This document shows, piece by piece, positions 8,424 through 17,406 of a stretch of 64,000 nt of DNA. The notes below the pieces were generated by a model, which did not search any database, had not been told where the DNA came from, and was given only the letters and a program-made list of their open reading frames with translations. Position numbers and translations under genes: made by a program. The stretch comes from Candidatus Poseidoniaceae archaeon (GTDB lineage: Archaea; Thermoplasmatota; Poseidoniia; Poseidoniales; Poseidoniaceae), in the NCBI GenBank assembly GCA_949373235.1, contig CASICQ010000006.1, positions 4,358-68,357 on the forward strand, in the 5' to 3' direction. Positions within the stretch are counted from its first letter, which is position 1. The number at the start of each line of letters is the position of its first letter.

Positions 8424-9740
8424 TCAAATCGATTCAATGGAAATACTGAGGTTCTTCACGCGCTGTTCGAATTCCTTTTCGAATGCAATGGGGACGTGTA
8501 TGAGGACGCTGCTTGGGTTGAGTTGTTGGCCCCATGATTCTTTTTCGTTGCCCGTGGTGAAGACATAGGTTCGATCCGGATGCTTCTTCATGATGTCAAC
8601 GACCCTTTCAATTTGATTTTGTTCTGGCCATGGAGAACTTAGCTGGGCCAGCATCAATTTGAATTCAAGTCCAGGATGCTGGGCGGGTTGGGTCCGATAG
8701 GATTGCCGCTCAAGCAAGTTCATTCCTCGTACACTGGCTCCTAGGCTTTTGCAATTTGATTTGAACGATTCGCCGAGTGGCACTCCATCGCAACCAGTCA
8801 CAATTAGGTCGGTTGTTTTGGTGGCTAAAATCGCATCAAACACCTGCTCCCGTTGATGCTCAGACCTGCACAAGCCTTCGTAGATAAGACGAGGAACGGA
8901 CAAATCGATAGGCGATGGTAAAGGTATGGCTGCACCGTTGCAGTGGCATTCCAACACCATTGGTCGGCGTGCGCCGCCTTCTTCATCCAACACCGTTATG
9001 ACTTCCACAGCGAGGGGAGCTTCTTGATTCAACCATGGCTTGCAAACAACTTCCATCACCAACAGCGATGCAACAATAAGGACAAAAGCGAGGCCACCAA
9101 ATTGTGGCAGTGAGGCGTACAGCAACAAGAGCACCAATCCGTAAGTTCTCAACCGCCACCAATCCGCTGTGTGCTTGTTGAGGGCACCAAGTTGCCCTGC
9201 AATGGCCAATGCCAACACGGCAACGCTCACCACCGTTTGCATCCAAATTACGGCAATTGCGATTGAAAGCATCAGCACGGCATCATATCGCGCCACCAAA
9301 CCCATGTCAGTTTGAATGGAATGCCCGAATCCAAATGTTGTTGGAAGAAGCCAAACGAGGGTAAAGGCTGAAGCGGTTAGAGCCACAGCGCACCCACCAA
9401 ACATCCAGCGCAGCATCCAAGTACGCTCGCTGGGCAACAGGCCTTTGTTGCTGAAGGCCCAAGCCTGTTGCATAATCAACGGCGAGACGATAGCAATTGC
9501 GGCTAAAAGGGCGCCAAGCCAACGCACAGCGCTCCATCGGGCAGGATCATAGAGGTTGAGGCAATCGTTATTGCAGGGGTCTATTTTAGTCAGCAACAGA
9601 TCCAACCACGCATCAATTTGTGTGGATACCACGAGCGTCACCACGACTATGGCAGCAAATATGAGCGTGACCCGGCCGGTTAATTCGTCGAGATGGGCCT
9701 GAAGATGTGCCCGTTGATCCCGTTCGAGTTGCAAAGACAT
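8424..9740 (-). CDS. tatC: TatC-like polytopic membrane protein with about 190-aa C-terminal soluble extension
   Basis: 438 aa. N-terminal HLDELTGRV..(TM) and IMQQAWAFSNKGLLPSER resemble TatC motifs HLxELRxRL and QVWAFIAPGLYxxER. About six TM helices. The C-terminal domain (CHCNGAAIPLP ... LIVTGCDGVPLGE) has no family assignment. Confidence 0.45.
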   Translation of the reverse strand: MSLQLERDQRAHLQAHLDELTGRVTLIFAAIVVVTLVVSTQIDAWLDLLLTKIDPCNNDCLNLYDPARWSAVRWLGALLAAIAIVSPLIMQQAWAFSNKGLLPSERTWMLRWMFGGCAVALTASAFTLVWLLPTTFGFGHSIQTDMGLVARYDAVLMLSIAIAVIWMQTVVSVAVLALAIAGQLGALNKHTADWWRLRTYGLVLLLLYASLPQFGGLAFVLIVASLLVMEVVCKPWLNQEAPLAVEVITVLDEEGGARRPMVLECHCNGAAIPLPSPIDLSVPRLIYEGLCRSEHQREQVFDAILATKTTDLIVTGCDGVPLGESFKSNCKSLGASVRGMNLLERQSYRTQPAQHPGLEFKLMLAQLSSPWPEQNQIERVVDIMKKHPDRTYVFTTGNEKESWGQQLNPSSVLIHVPIAFEKEFEQRVKNLSISIESI

Positions 9741-9780
9741 GGCGTTCCCTCAACCCTGGATTTGGGGAGAGGGAAGGGAC

Positions 9781-10743
9781 TCAAACAAGATCTTCTGGTT
9801 GAGGTTCAGCGCGCGCCTGGGCGACGGTCCTGTACACACCATACATGGCCCAAAGGGTGCACATTCCAACGGTTAGGCTGAGTTGCCATCCAGAGTCGTT
9901 GTCCATGAGGTAGGCAAACAGAATCAGCAAACCTGCGCTGAGTGCACCTCGGCGAAGGCCTTGTGGAATGGCCAAACTTTTGTCCAAATGTTCAGGTCCA
10001 CCGGCAAAGCGTCGTTGGTAAAACTCACCTTGGATGACTGCAGCCACGAGGAGAATTGAGAAGGTGGCGAAGTAGTAGATGTTTCCTTCATCGAAAAACA
10101 AATCTGCGAGTTCTTCTTGACGCTCAGCCTCTGCGATCTCAGGATCAACATCAGCAACAAACAGGCTGTCGTAATCCCCTACGCTGATGGTTCGGACGGC
10201 CAATTCTTCGGTGCCCTCATTGGTTGTGCTGCCTGGAGGGGATATCGAGAATGAGAGGATGTTCCATGCATCACCCGCATCGAAGTTTCCGTTGCCATTG
10301 ACTGCATTACCGACGAGTTGGAACGGAACAACACCAACGTCTTCAGATGGAGCGGTCCACGTGAAGACCCAGTTGTTGCCCACTGCGCTTTGGGCGATGG
10401 CTCCTGGTTCATCGGGGACAACCGCTGAACCTTCGCCCGGTGCGAGCGAGCCTATGTTGTAATCCCAAATCATGAATCCGCCTTCAGCATTGGAAGCATG
10501 TTGCAAAGATACGGTGAGGGTGTAAGTTTCATCGAGGGTGTACGAACGTGGAACGCCTGAAATCGAAACGACGACTTCGGTGGACGGAACCCCGTCACCG
10601 TGGCATGAACAACCGGATTCAACGACGAGTGAATCGCCGTTTTTCCAAGGTGGTCCGCCTGGCATCCCTAAAGCAGGTGCTGCGAACAGGAGGGCAATCA
10701 AACCAACCAAGAGGAGACGGGTATTGCGAGATAGCATAGACAC
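9781..10743 (-). CDS. secreted/membrane-anchored hypothetical protein (GCSCHG motif)
   Basis: 320 aa. Signal peptide, beta-rich ectodomain, acidic linker and two C-terminal TM helices. Confidence 0.4.
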   Translation of the reverse strand: MSMLSRNTRLLLVGLIALLFAAPALGMPGGPPWKNGDSLVVESGCSCHGDGVPSTEVVVSISGVPRSYTLDETYTLTVSLQHASNAEGGFMIWDYNIGSLAPGEGSAVVPDEPGAIAQSAVGNNWVFTWTAPSEDVGVVPFQLVGNAVNGNGNFDAGDAWNILSFSISPPGSTTNEGTEELAVRTISVGDYDSLFVADVDPEIAEAERQEELADLFFDEGNIYYFATFSILLVAAVIQGEFYQRRFAGGPEHLDKSLAIPQGLRRGALSAGLLILFAYLMDNDSGWQLSLTVGMCTLWAMYGVYRTVAQARAEPQPEDLV

Positions 10744-10831
10744 ACCTTGCTGTTGCCACTTGACCCAGCCCTTTGAACGTTACTTTTCAGCAACGAGCCA
10801 AACAACTGGTCATGTGACTTTTTTCGATGGC

Positions 10832-12250
10832 TCAAATTTCCTTAACAGCGGTGTTTAAACCAGCCATCATTGCCTTTCCATCACCGAAAAGCATCATGGT
10901 TTTGTCCATGTAAAACAAGTCGTTGTCAACACCAGCGTATCCAACCGACAATGACCGCTTGATGATCACGACGGTGCGTGCAGCATCGGCATCAATGATT
11001 GGCATGCCTGCCAACGGTCCCTCACCGCTTCGAGCAGCTGGGTTCGTCGTATCGTTAGCGCCGATCACGAGTGCAACATCGCAATCTGGGAATTCACTGT
11101 TGATTTCGTCCATCTCGATGAGTTGTTCATAGGGGACATTTGCTTCTGCGAGAAGGACGTTCATGTGACCTGGCATTCTGCCAGCAACTGGGTGAATTGC
11201 GTACTTAATTTCGGTGTCGAACTTCTCCTTCATCAGGTCTGCAAACTCCTTCACTTGGTGCTGGCATTGAGAGACCGCCATTCCATAGCCTGGAACAATG
11301 ATTACCTTCTGAGCGCCATCAAGCATCATTGCCACTTCGTCGGCGTCGGAGCCAACCTTCGTGCGTGTGAGGGATTGCTTCTCGCCGTCGCCTCCAAAGG
11401 ATTTGAACAACACATCAATCAGCCTTCTGTTCATTGCTTTGCACATGATGAAGGTCAAGATCAGTCCAGATGCACCGACCAAAGAGCCAGCGATAATCAG
11501 CACAGAGTTTCCAATAATGAAACCAGTGAATGCTGCTGCAATTCCGGATAGAGAATTCAACAGAGATACCACAACGGGCATGTCTGCGCCTCCAATTGGA
11601 AGAACGAGGATTATGCCCAGGACACAAGATATACCGATGATAGCCCAAAGGTACTGCTCGTTTGTTGGATCTTCGATGCTGGCAATGATCAGCGCAATGA
11701 CACCTAGGAACAGCAGAATCTTGACTGGATTGAGCCAAGTTGGTCCCCAAGTTGGTGTCTTAATCCATTTTCCAAAGACTTCGATTCCACCTTTTAGTTT
11801 GTACATGGCCAGCATGGAACCGGTCAATGTCATCCAGCCAACGAGCGCCGAGAGTCCGGCTGCCACCATTGTAACGGTAAGTTCGAGTCCTTCTGGAACC
11901 GTGGTTGAGTCAGCGATGAACTTCTGAATTTCAGAAAGCGCAACGAGCGCTGATGCGGCCCCACCAAAACCGTTGAACAGAGCAACCAATTCCGGCATTC
12001 CGGTCATTTCGACCTTCACAGCCATCCAATAACCGATCAGAGAACCAAGGATCAGTCCTGCAATAATGAGTTCCCAATTAGCGTTACCAGCGACTTGCAT
12101 ACTGAGCACGGTGGTGAGCACAGCAACGAGCATACCTGTGGCACCGAGTTGATTTCCAAATGGTGCGGTCTTCGGGTGGCCGAGTTTCTTCAAACCGAAG
12201 ATGAACAGTGCAGCGGATATGAGGTAACCTACAGCAATCCAGTCTTCCAT
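10832..12250 (-). CDS. pntB: NAD(P) transhydrogenase subunit beta
   Basis: Polytopic N-terminus plus the C-terminal NADP(H)-binding dIII domain (GYGMAVSQCQH..., ANDTTNPAA). The ATG at 12250 avoids overlap with pntA2. Confidence 0.85.
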   Translation of the reverse strand: MEDWIAVGYLISAALFIFGLKKLGHPKTAPFGNQLGATGMLVAVLTTVLSMQVAGNANWELIIAGLILGSLIGYWMAVKVEMTGMPELVALFNGFGGAASALVALSEIQKFIADSTTVPEGLELTVTMVAAGLSALVGWMTLTGSMLAMYKLKGGIEVFGKWIKTPTWGPTWLNPVKILLFLGVIALIIASIEDPTNEQYLWAIIGISCVLGIILVLPIGGADMPVVVSLLNSLSGIAAAFTGFIIGNSVLIIAGSLVGASGLILTFIMCKAMNRRLIDVLFKSFGGDGEKQSLTRTKVGSDADEVAMMLDGAQKVIIVPGYGMAVSQCQHQVKEFADLMKEKFDTEIKYAIHPVAGRMPGHMNVLLAEANVPYEQLIEMDEINSEFPDCDVALVIGANDTTNPAARSGEGPLAGMPIIDADAARTVVIIKRSLSVGYAGVDNDLFYMDKTMMLFGDGKAMMAGLNTAVKEI

Positions 12251-12251
12251 C

Positions 12252-12563
12252 TCAAGCACCTCCTCGCTTTTTACCAGCAATCATATTCAACATACGGTTG
12301 GTGACTGCAAAGCCTCCAACGACGTTGATCATAGCAAGAACGACGGCGACAAATGCCAACAGTCCCGAAAGGGCAGTTTCGCCCCCATCATACGCGACAT
12401 TGGATCCGATGAGAGCGCCAATAATTGAAATTCCGGAAATAGCATTTGCTCCACTCATCAAGGGGGTGTGCAATGTGGCAGGAACCTTTGTGATCAATTC
12501 AAATCCGAGGAAAATAGCGAGGATAAATAGGGTAAGGTTTCCAATTAAAAATTCTGGCGTCAT
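12252..12563 (-). CDS. pntA2: NAD(P) transhydrogenase subunit alpha part 2 (membrane)
   Basis: 103-aa three-TM protein. Position and size fit the split alpha subunit. Its start overlaps the pntAA stop by 4 nt. Confidence 0.8.
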   Translation of the reverse strand: MTPEFLIGNLTLFILAIFLGFELITKVPATLHTPLMSGANAISGISIIGALIGSNVAYDGGETALSGLLAFVAVVLAMINVVGGFAVTNRMLNMIAGKKRGGA

Positions 12564-13723
12564 TCGAGTGCACCTCCAAGGCGAGTTTGCTTCGGATGTA
12601 TGGCTCCATCTTTACAGATGAGGACGCCACCCATGCCGTTCACATAGAAATCGCTGCCTTCAGGAGCTCCGACCAGAATGTCATCCTCTTCAGAAATCAC
12701 GACTTCACCTTCGTGGACAAGTGAAGTCATGAAGGTGGTTAAGTTGTTTGAATAAAGCATGCTCGAGGTTGTAGCGAGGGTTCCGGGTAGGTTGGAAGTT
12801 CCGACGATAATGACACCGTTGTCGGTGATTGTAACTTCGCCTGCTTTGGTGTCTTCACAATTCCCGCCAACGTCAGCATTCATGTCAACAACAACCGCAC
12901 CTGACTTGAAGTTCTTAACAGCGCTTGAAGGCACCGTGATCGGTGCAGGGCGTCCGAAAATACGAGCGGTGGTAACGATGATGTCCGCATCTGCCGCAAC
13001 CCCACAAACAGTGTCGTTGACCTTCTGAATGAATTCAGGTGTGAGTGGTTTTGCGTATCCTGATTCGTCCTCGAAATCGTCCATGCCTTCGACTTCAATG
13101 AAGCGACCACCCACAGATTCGATTTGTTCAGCTGCCGACTTCCGTACATCAGAGGCGTAAACAACGCCACCCAGACGTTTTGCTGTTGCAATTGCTTGCA
13201 AACCTGCAACACCGCTTCCCATGATGACGATCTTTGCTGGGCGTATGGTTCCGGCAGATGTGGTCATCATTGGAATGCCCTTTGGTACGTGCGCAGCTCC
13301 GAGCAGGACCGCTTTGTATCCTGCAAGGTTGTCTTGAGAAGAATTGACGTCCATGGATTGTGCACGAGAAAGACGGCGAGGAATCATGTCCATTGACAGG
13401 AGGGTGATTCCAGTGTCCATGCACGCTTTGACGTGTTCCGGGTTTCTGAATGGATCTGAAACACAGGCTAAGTTGGAACCTTGTTGAATGCCTTCAACAC
13501 CAGGGAATCGGATGCAGACGATGTTTGTGCATGCAAGAGCGTCAGCGCGTGTTCCGACGGTTGCTCCTGCCTTTTCGTAATCAGCATCGTGATAGTTCGC
13601 AGCCTTTCCAGCACCGCTTTCAATAACAACTTCAAAGCCTGCTTTGAGGAGTTTTTTCATGCTCGATGGGACAATTCCAACACGGGTTTCGCCTTCTGGT
13701 TCCATTGGTACGCCGAGTTTCAT
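12560..13723 (-). CDS. pntAA: NAD(P) transhydrogenase subunit alpha part 1
   Basis: 387 aa. Alanine-dehydrogenase/PNT N-terminal and NAD-binding domains (VIMGSGVAGLQAIATA GxGxxG). Confidence 0.85.
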   Translation of the reverse strand: MKLGVPMEPEGETRVGIVPSSMKKLLKAGFEVVIESGAGKAANYHDADYEKAGATVGTRADALACTNIVCIRFPGVEGIQQGSNLACVSDPFRNPEHVKACMDTGITLLSMDMIPRRLSRAQSMDVNSSQDNLAGYKAVLLGAAHVPKGIPMMTTSAGTIRPAKIVIMGSGVAGLQAIATAKRLGGVVYASDVRKSAAEQIESVGGRFIEVEGMDDFEDESGYAKPLTPEFIQKVNDTVCGVAADADIIVTTARIFGRPAPITVPSSAVKNFKSGAVVVDMNADVGGNCEDTKAGEVTITDNGVIIVGTSNLPGTLATTSSMLYSNNLTTFMTSLVHEGEVVISEEDDILVGAPEGSDFYVNGMGGVLICKDGAIHPKQTRLGGALE

Positions 13724-13934
13724 TATGATGCCTCAAGCCCCCGCTCCACGTTGCCGCTGGCTGGGGTTGGTTGAATCCAACGGAAGGGGGTTTTTAGACA
13801 ACTCGCATGACATTGTCGGAATTTGGTGCCACTCTTGTATCATTTCCTCCACCTTGCAGCATTGATTGATTGAAAACTTCACCATGTTCCTTATGGAGGT
13901 CCTTTGTATGGAGGGATTTGCCGAAGTGACCATT

Positions 13935-14873
13935 ATGGGAAATAACCGAAGAAAAATTGCAGTGATTGGAGCCGGAAACGTGGGAGCAACATGCGCCTTT
14001 GTTCTCGCACAAATGAAAATTGCAGACATCGTCTTACTCGATATTTACGAAGGCTTCGCTAAAGGAAAAGCACTCGACATGTCTCAAAATGGACAAGTTC
14101 TCAACTACGACGGCGCCATCACTGGTACTTCCAGTTACGAAGACATCGCTGGATCTGATGTTGTCGTTGTCACCTCGGGATTCCCCCGCCAACCTGGAAT
14201 GACCCGCGAAGACCTCATCGCAAAGAATGCAGGTATTGTCAAGCAGGTCGGTGAAGGCATTCGAGACCACGCTCCCGAGTCAACCATTGTCATGGTCACC
14301 AACCCATTGGATTTGATGACCTACCACATGCAGAAGGTCACCGGATTCCCAGCCAACCGCGTCTGCGGTCAGGCAGGTGTCCTCGACTCAGCCCGCATGA
14401 CGCACTTTGTCGCCCAAGCTGTCGGTTGTGCAGAAGAAGATGTACAAGCCATGGTCCTTGGCGGTCACGGCGACACCATGGTGCCACTCCCTCGTTTCAC
14501 CACCGTTGGTGGCATTGCCATCACACATCTACTGGATGAAGAAACAATTGACGCCATTTGCAAGCGAACAGCATCTGGTGGCGGTGAAATCGTCAAGCTT
14601 CTCGAACGAGGTTCCGCATTCTATGCCCCTGGTTCTGCAGCAGCCATCATGGCCGAAGCCGTCCTCAACGATCGCAAGCGATTGATTCCAGCCTCAGCCC
14701 ACCTCACTGGACAGTACGGCCTTGATGATGTGTACATCGGCGTCCCGGTGATTCTTGGCGCTGGCGGTATTGAACGGATTCTTGAACTTGAATTGTCGGA
14801 AGGAGAATTGGCCTCATTGCAGGGATCAGGCAACTTCTACAAGTCGCAACTTTCTGAACTGCTTGGCTATTGA
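13935..14873 (+). CDS. mdh: malate dehydrogenase (LDH-like family)
   Basis: KIAVIGAGNVGAT Rossmann motif plus LDH/MDH core motifs (TNPLD, DSAR, GGHGD). The ORF opens at 13866 (TTG). Candidate ATGs are 13884, 13893, 13908 and 13935. Confidence 0.85.
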   Translation: MGNNRRKIAVIGAGNVGATCAFVLAQMKIADIVLLDIYEGFAKGKALDMSQNGQVLNYDGAITGTSSYEDIAGSDVVVVTSGFPRQPGMTREDLIAKNAGIVKQVGEGIRDHAPESTIVMVTNPLDLMTYHMQKVTGFPANRVCGQAGVLDSARMTHFVAQAVGCAEEDVQAMVLGGHGDTMVPLPRFTTVGGIAITHLLDEETIDAICKRTASGGGEIVKLLERGSAFYAPGSAAAIMAEAVLNDRKRLIPASAHLTGQYGLDDVYIGVPVILGAGGIERILELELSEGELASLQGSGNFYKSQLSELLGY

Positions 14874-14874
14874 T

Positions 14875-15576
14875 TCAGAGCCGTACGATTGCAAGTGACT
14901 TCGACAAGCCCCGGGTTGTAATGTCCTTTTGTGATGCTTGGTTCGTGTCGACGCAGATCAGTTCACGTCCCATCTTTCCTCTTGTGCGCATCCGCGTGAG
15001 CAATTCTTGTCCGATGTAACATCCCTTGGCCGGGTGCACATCATCAGCCAAACCACAGGCAAATGCGTGATGCTTTTCTGAAATTTCAAACCCTTGCCAT
15101 GGAATGACATGATCCACTCTCCATTCATGGAAATCAGATATTGAAGAATCGACTTGCACTTCAGAGTTCTTGGAAGCAACAATGTAGTTGATGTGTGGCA
15201 TGCAGTGTGCCACTGTCGTCCCCTCACTGGAACTGAAGGTGCCCACATCGTCCGATTCGACTCCAAATTGAATAAAGAAATTATTGTTTTCCGTCGCATT
15301 GGATATGGTGACATCTTGTCCTAAGATACGAGGGGAAATATGTGCAAAGAGGGATTTCCAATATGGGCCATGGCTAAACACCGCAACAAAAGCGCCCATG
15401 TGAAAAAGCCCAACTCGATCGATGACCTTTGCTTGTGCAGTGGTGAAGGTGGTGAGGCGGAATTGTCCTTCCTTAAGGTCAAGAACATGATTTGTTGACA
15501 AGCCGTCAATGAAAGATAGAACATCGTTTCCGCGCCAAACGCTCAAATGACCATCGAGGTATGGCGCTGTTGGCAT
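14875..15576 (-). CDS. ygfZ: YgfZ/CAF17-family folate-binding Fe-S cluster assembly/repair protein
   Basis: 233 aa. Carries the KGCYIGQE signature of the YgfZ/GcvT-like family. Confidence 0.65.
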   Translation of the reverse strand: MPTAPYLDGHLSVWRGNDVLSFIDGLSTNHVLDLKEGQFRLTTFTTAQAKVIDRVGLFHMGAFVAVFSHGPYWKSLFAHISPRILGQDVTISNATENNNFFIQFGVESDDVGTFSSSEGTTVAHCMPHINYIVASKNSEVQVDSSISDFHEWRVDHVIPWQGFEISEKHHAFACGLADDVHPAKGCYIGQELLTRMRTRGKMGRELICVDTNQASQKDITTRGLSKSLAIVRL

Positions 15577-15585
15577 TGTTTTTCC

Positions 15586-15924
15586 TCAAGCAAAGGATTC
15601 GCCGCAGCCGCAGGATGAATCAGCATTGGGGTTGATGATTTTGAATCCACCACCCATTAGGCGATCGACGTAATCAATTTCAATGCCATCAAGAAGGTGG
15701 CTGGAGGCGTTTGGAACAAGGACTTTGAAGCCATTGATTGTGATTTCTTGGCATGATTGATCAGTTTCTTCCACAATTTGAAGGTCGTACATGTAGCCTG
15801 AGCATCCACCAGAAAGCACACCAACAAGCAACGCCATCGAGCGGTCATCGCCAAAAGCATCGGCGAGCATTGTTTGAGCCTTATCTGAAATGGTGAGAGC
15901 GACGTTCACAACTTCTGGTTGCAT
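15586..15924 (-). CDS. erpA: A-type Fe-S cluster carrier (IscA/ErpA/HesB family)
   Basis: C-terminal SSCGCGESFA and the internal Cys fit the HesB motif. ORF runs to 15966; the ATG at 15924 is preferred. Confidence 0.8.
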   Translation of the reverse strand: MQPEVVNVALTISDKAQTMLADAFGDDRSMALLVGVLSGGCSGYMYDLQIVEETDQSCQEITINGFKVLVPNASSHLLDGIEIDYVDRLMGGGFKIINPNADSSCGCGESFA

Positions 15925-16002
15925 GACCTGCACAGGCCCAGCCGTTTCACATGTACCGCAGTCCATGGTAGTGCGACGAGGTGGTCGCCTAAGAACTTGC
16001 GC

Positions 16003-17391
16003 TCAGACCACTGATTCGGTCGGGGTACTTTGACACTCAATTTCGAAATGGCAAGTGTCGAGTCCTTCGCTCGTGCAAACGCGTTCTTTCGACATGACCT
16101 TGATGTTGTGCCGCTCCATCACGATGCCTTGTAAAATACCTTCATCGAGGTGACAGAACATTCCACCAACCAACGGTTTACCGCCACATGCTGCACCATT
16201 GTGGACAAGAACAGAGCTTGGAGGCATGCCTTTTGTGACGATTTGGCCCATGCCCATTTGGTTCCATTCATTGCCTAGATGCTTCCAAAATTCCACATCG
16301 CTTTCCACACCGTTCCATTTTCCGGCGAGTTCCTGCCCAATCCGTCTTCCGACGGCACTAAGCACTTCGTTGAGGTCAATTCCAAGACTGGACAAAGCCG
16401 CAGCTTGCGGACTGCCATTGGAGGGAATCGACTCACCTGCTTTGCGCAAAAAGGCATTAGGTGCATCAGAGGAATCCGTTTTTTCTAGGTTCTCTTGCAG
16501 GGAATTTTTGAGCCGTTCATAGTAGGATCCTTCTCCGAGCGTAAGGTTGAGTGGTTCGATGATTGAACCTTCCATGAGTCGTGCACGTGCGGCGCGGTAA
16601 CTTATTGCTGCAGCCCATTGAATATCCATCAATTCAGCATGAGCCTCGATGAAGCCTTTGGATTCAATCAACAAGGCTGTATCGCTTTTTCCCCTTCCAG
16701 TTGGGTTTTCATCGGTGTTGATGAACTGAAGTCCAAGTTCGTCATCCACATAGATTCCTTGAATGGTAAAATGTTCGTGATGACGGATCTCGATGCGCTC
16801 ATCAATCTCATCAAAGAATTTGATAGTTTTCTCATTCAGCGATGATGAAATACGCACCTTTACTCCACGGTTGACAGCATTGATCAGCGCTTCATAGGCG
16901 CCTGACCTTTTCAAGTGAAGGATTCCCCAATTGCCCAGAAGCATCCAGACATTGCTTTCGGCTTCATTCAAGATTGATTGGAGGTTTGCCATGATGGAAT
17001 GACGGTCTTTGAGAACACTGAAATTCGCCTCTGCTTGAGGGGCGTTGTAGGACAACAACGCTGATTGCTTACCTTCTTTCATTGCATCGAGGTGTTCTTG
17101 CATTCTCCTTAGGTCCATTTCCGAACGCTGAATCAACAGGGCAAACACTTCTTCGATGCGAATTCCCTGGAACCTCATCGGCTTGTCGAGCGTCGCTTTA
17201 ACGAGCCCCAATTCTTGCATTTTGCGGAGTGAATTGTATGCGTCCATTCTTGAAATGCCGATTCGCTTTCCAACTTCACTGGCCTTTGAAGGTGGGTGGG
17301 TGGCTAAATCCATTACAATTTGAGCCCGTTTCGCTTCTAAGCCACATTCAACCAAACGGGCAATGATGTCAGAAGTTTCATTTGAGTTCAT
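16003..17391 (-). CDS. TrmB-family transcriptional regulator with C-terminal V4R-like Cys-containing domain
   Basis: 462 aa. N-terminal TrmB HTH (SEVGKRIGISRMDAYNSLRKMQELGLVKA). The C-terminal roughly 120 aa with conserved Cys resemble a V4R small-molecule-binding domain. Confidence 0.55.
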   Translation of the reverse strand: MNSNETSDIIARLVECGLEAKRAQIVMDLATHPPSKASEVGKRIGISRMDAYNSLRKMQELGLVKATLDKPMRFQGIRIEEVFALLIQRSEMDLRRMQEHLDAMKEGKQSALLSYNAPQAEANFSVLKDRHSIMANLQSILNEAESNVWMLLGNWGILHLKRSGAYEALINAVNRGVKVRISSSLNEKTIKFFDEIDERIEIRHHEHFTIQGIYVDDELGLQFINTDENPTGRGKSDTALLIESKGFIEAHAELMDIQWAAAISYRAARARLMEGSIIEPLNLTLGEGSYYERLKNSLQENLEKTDSSDAPNAFLRKAGESIPSNGSPQAAALSSLGIDLNEVLSAVGRRIGQELAGKWNGVESDVEFWKHLGNEWNQMGMGQIVTKGMPPSSVLVHNGAACGGKPLVGGMFCHLDEGILQGIVMERHNIKVMSKERVCTSEGLDTCHFEIECQSTPTESVV

Positions 17392-17406
17392 ACAATCACT
17401 TCTCGA

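Noticed and set aside
10923-11927. ORFs antisense to pntB (10923..11132, 11123..11551, 11361..11927)
   Set aside because: pntB is unambiguous. These are opposite-strand artefacts of a GC-skewed membrane-protein gene.
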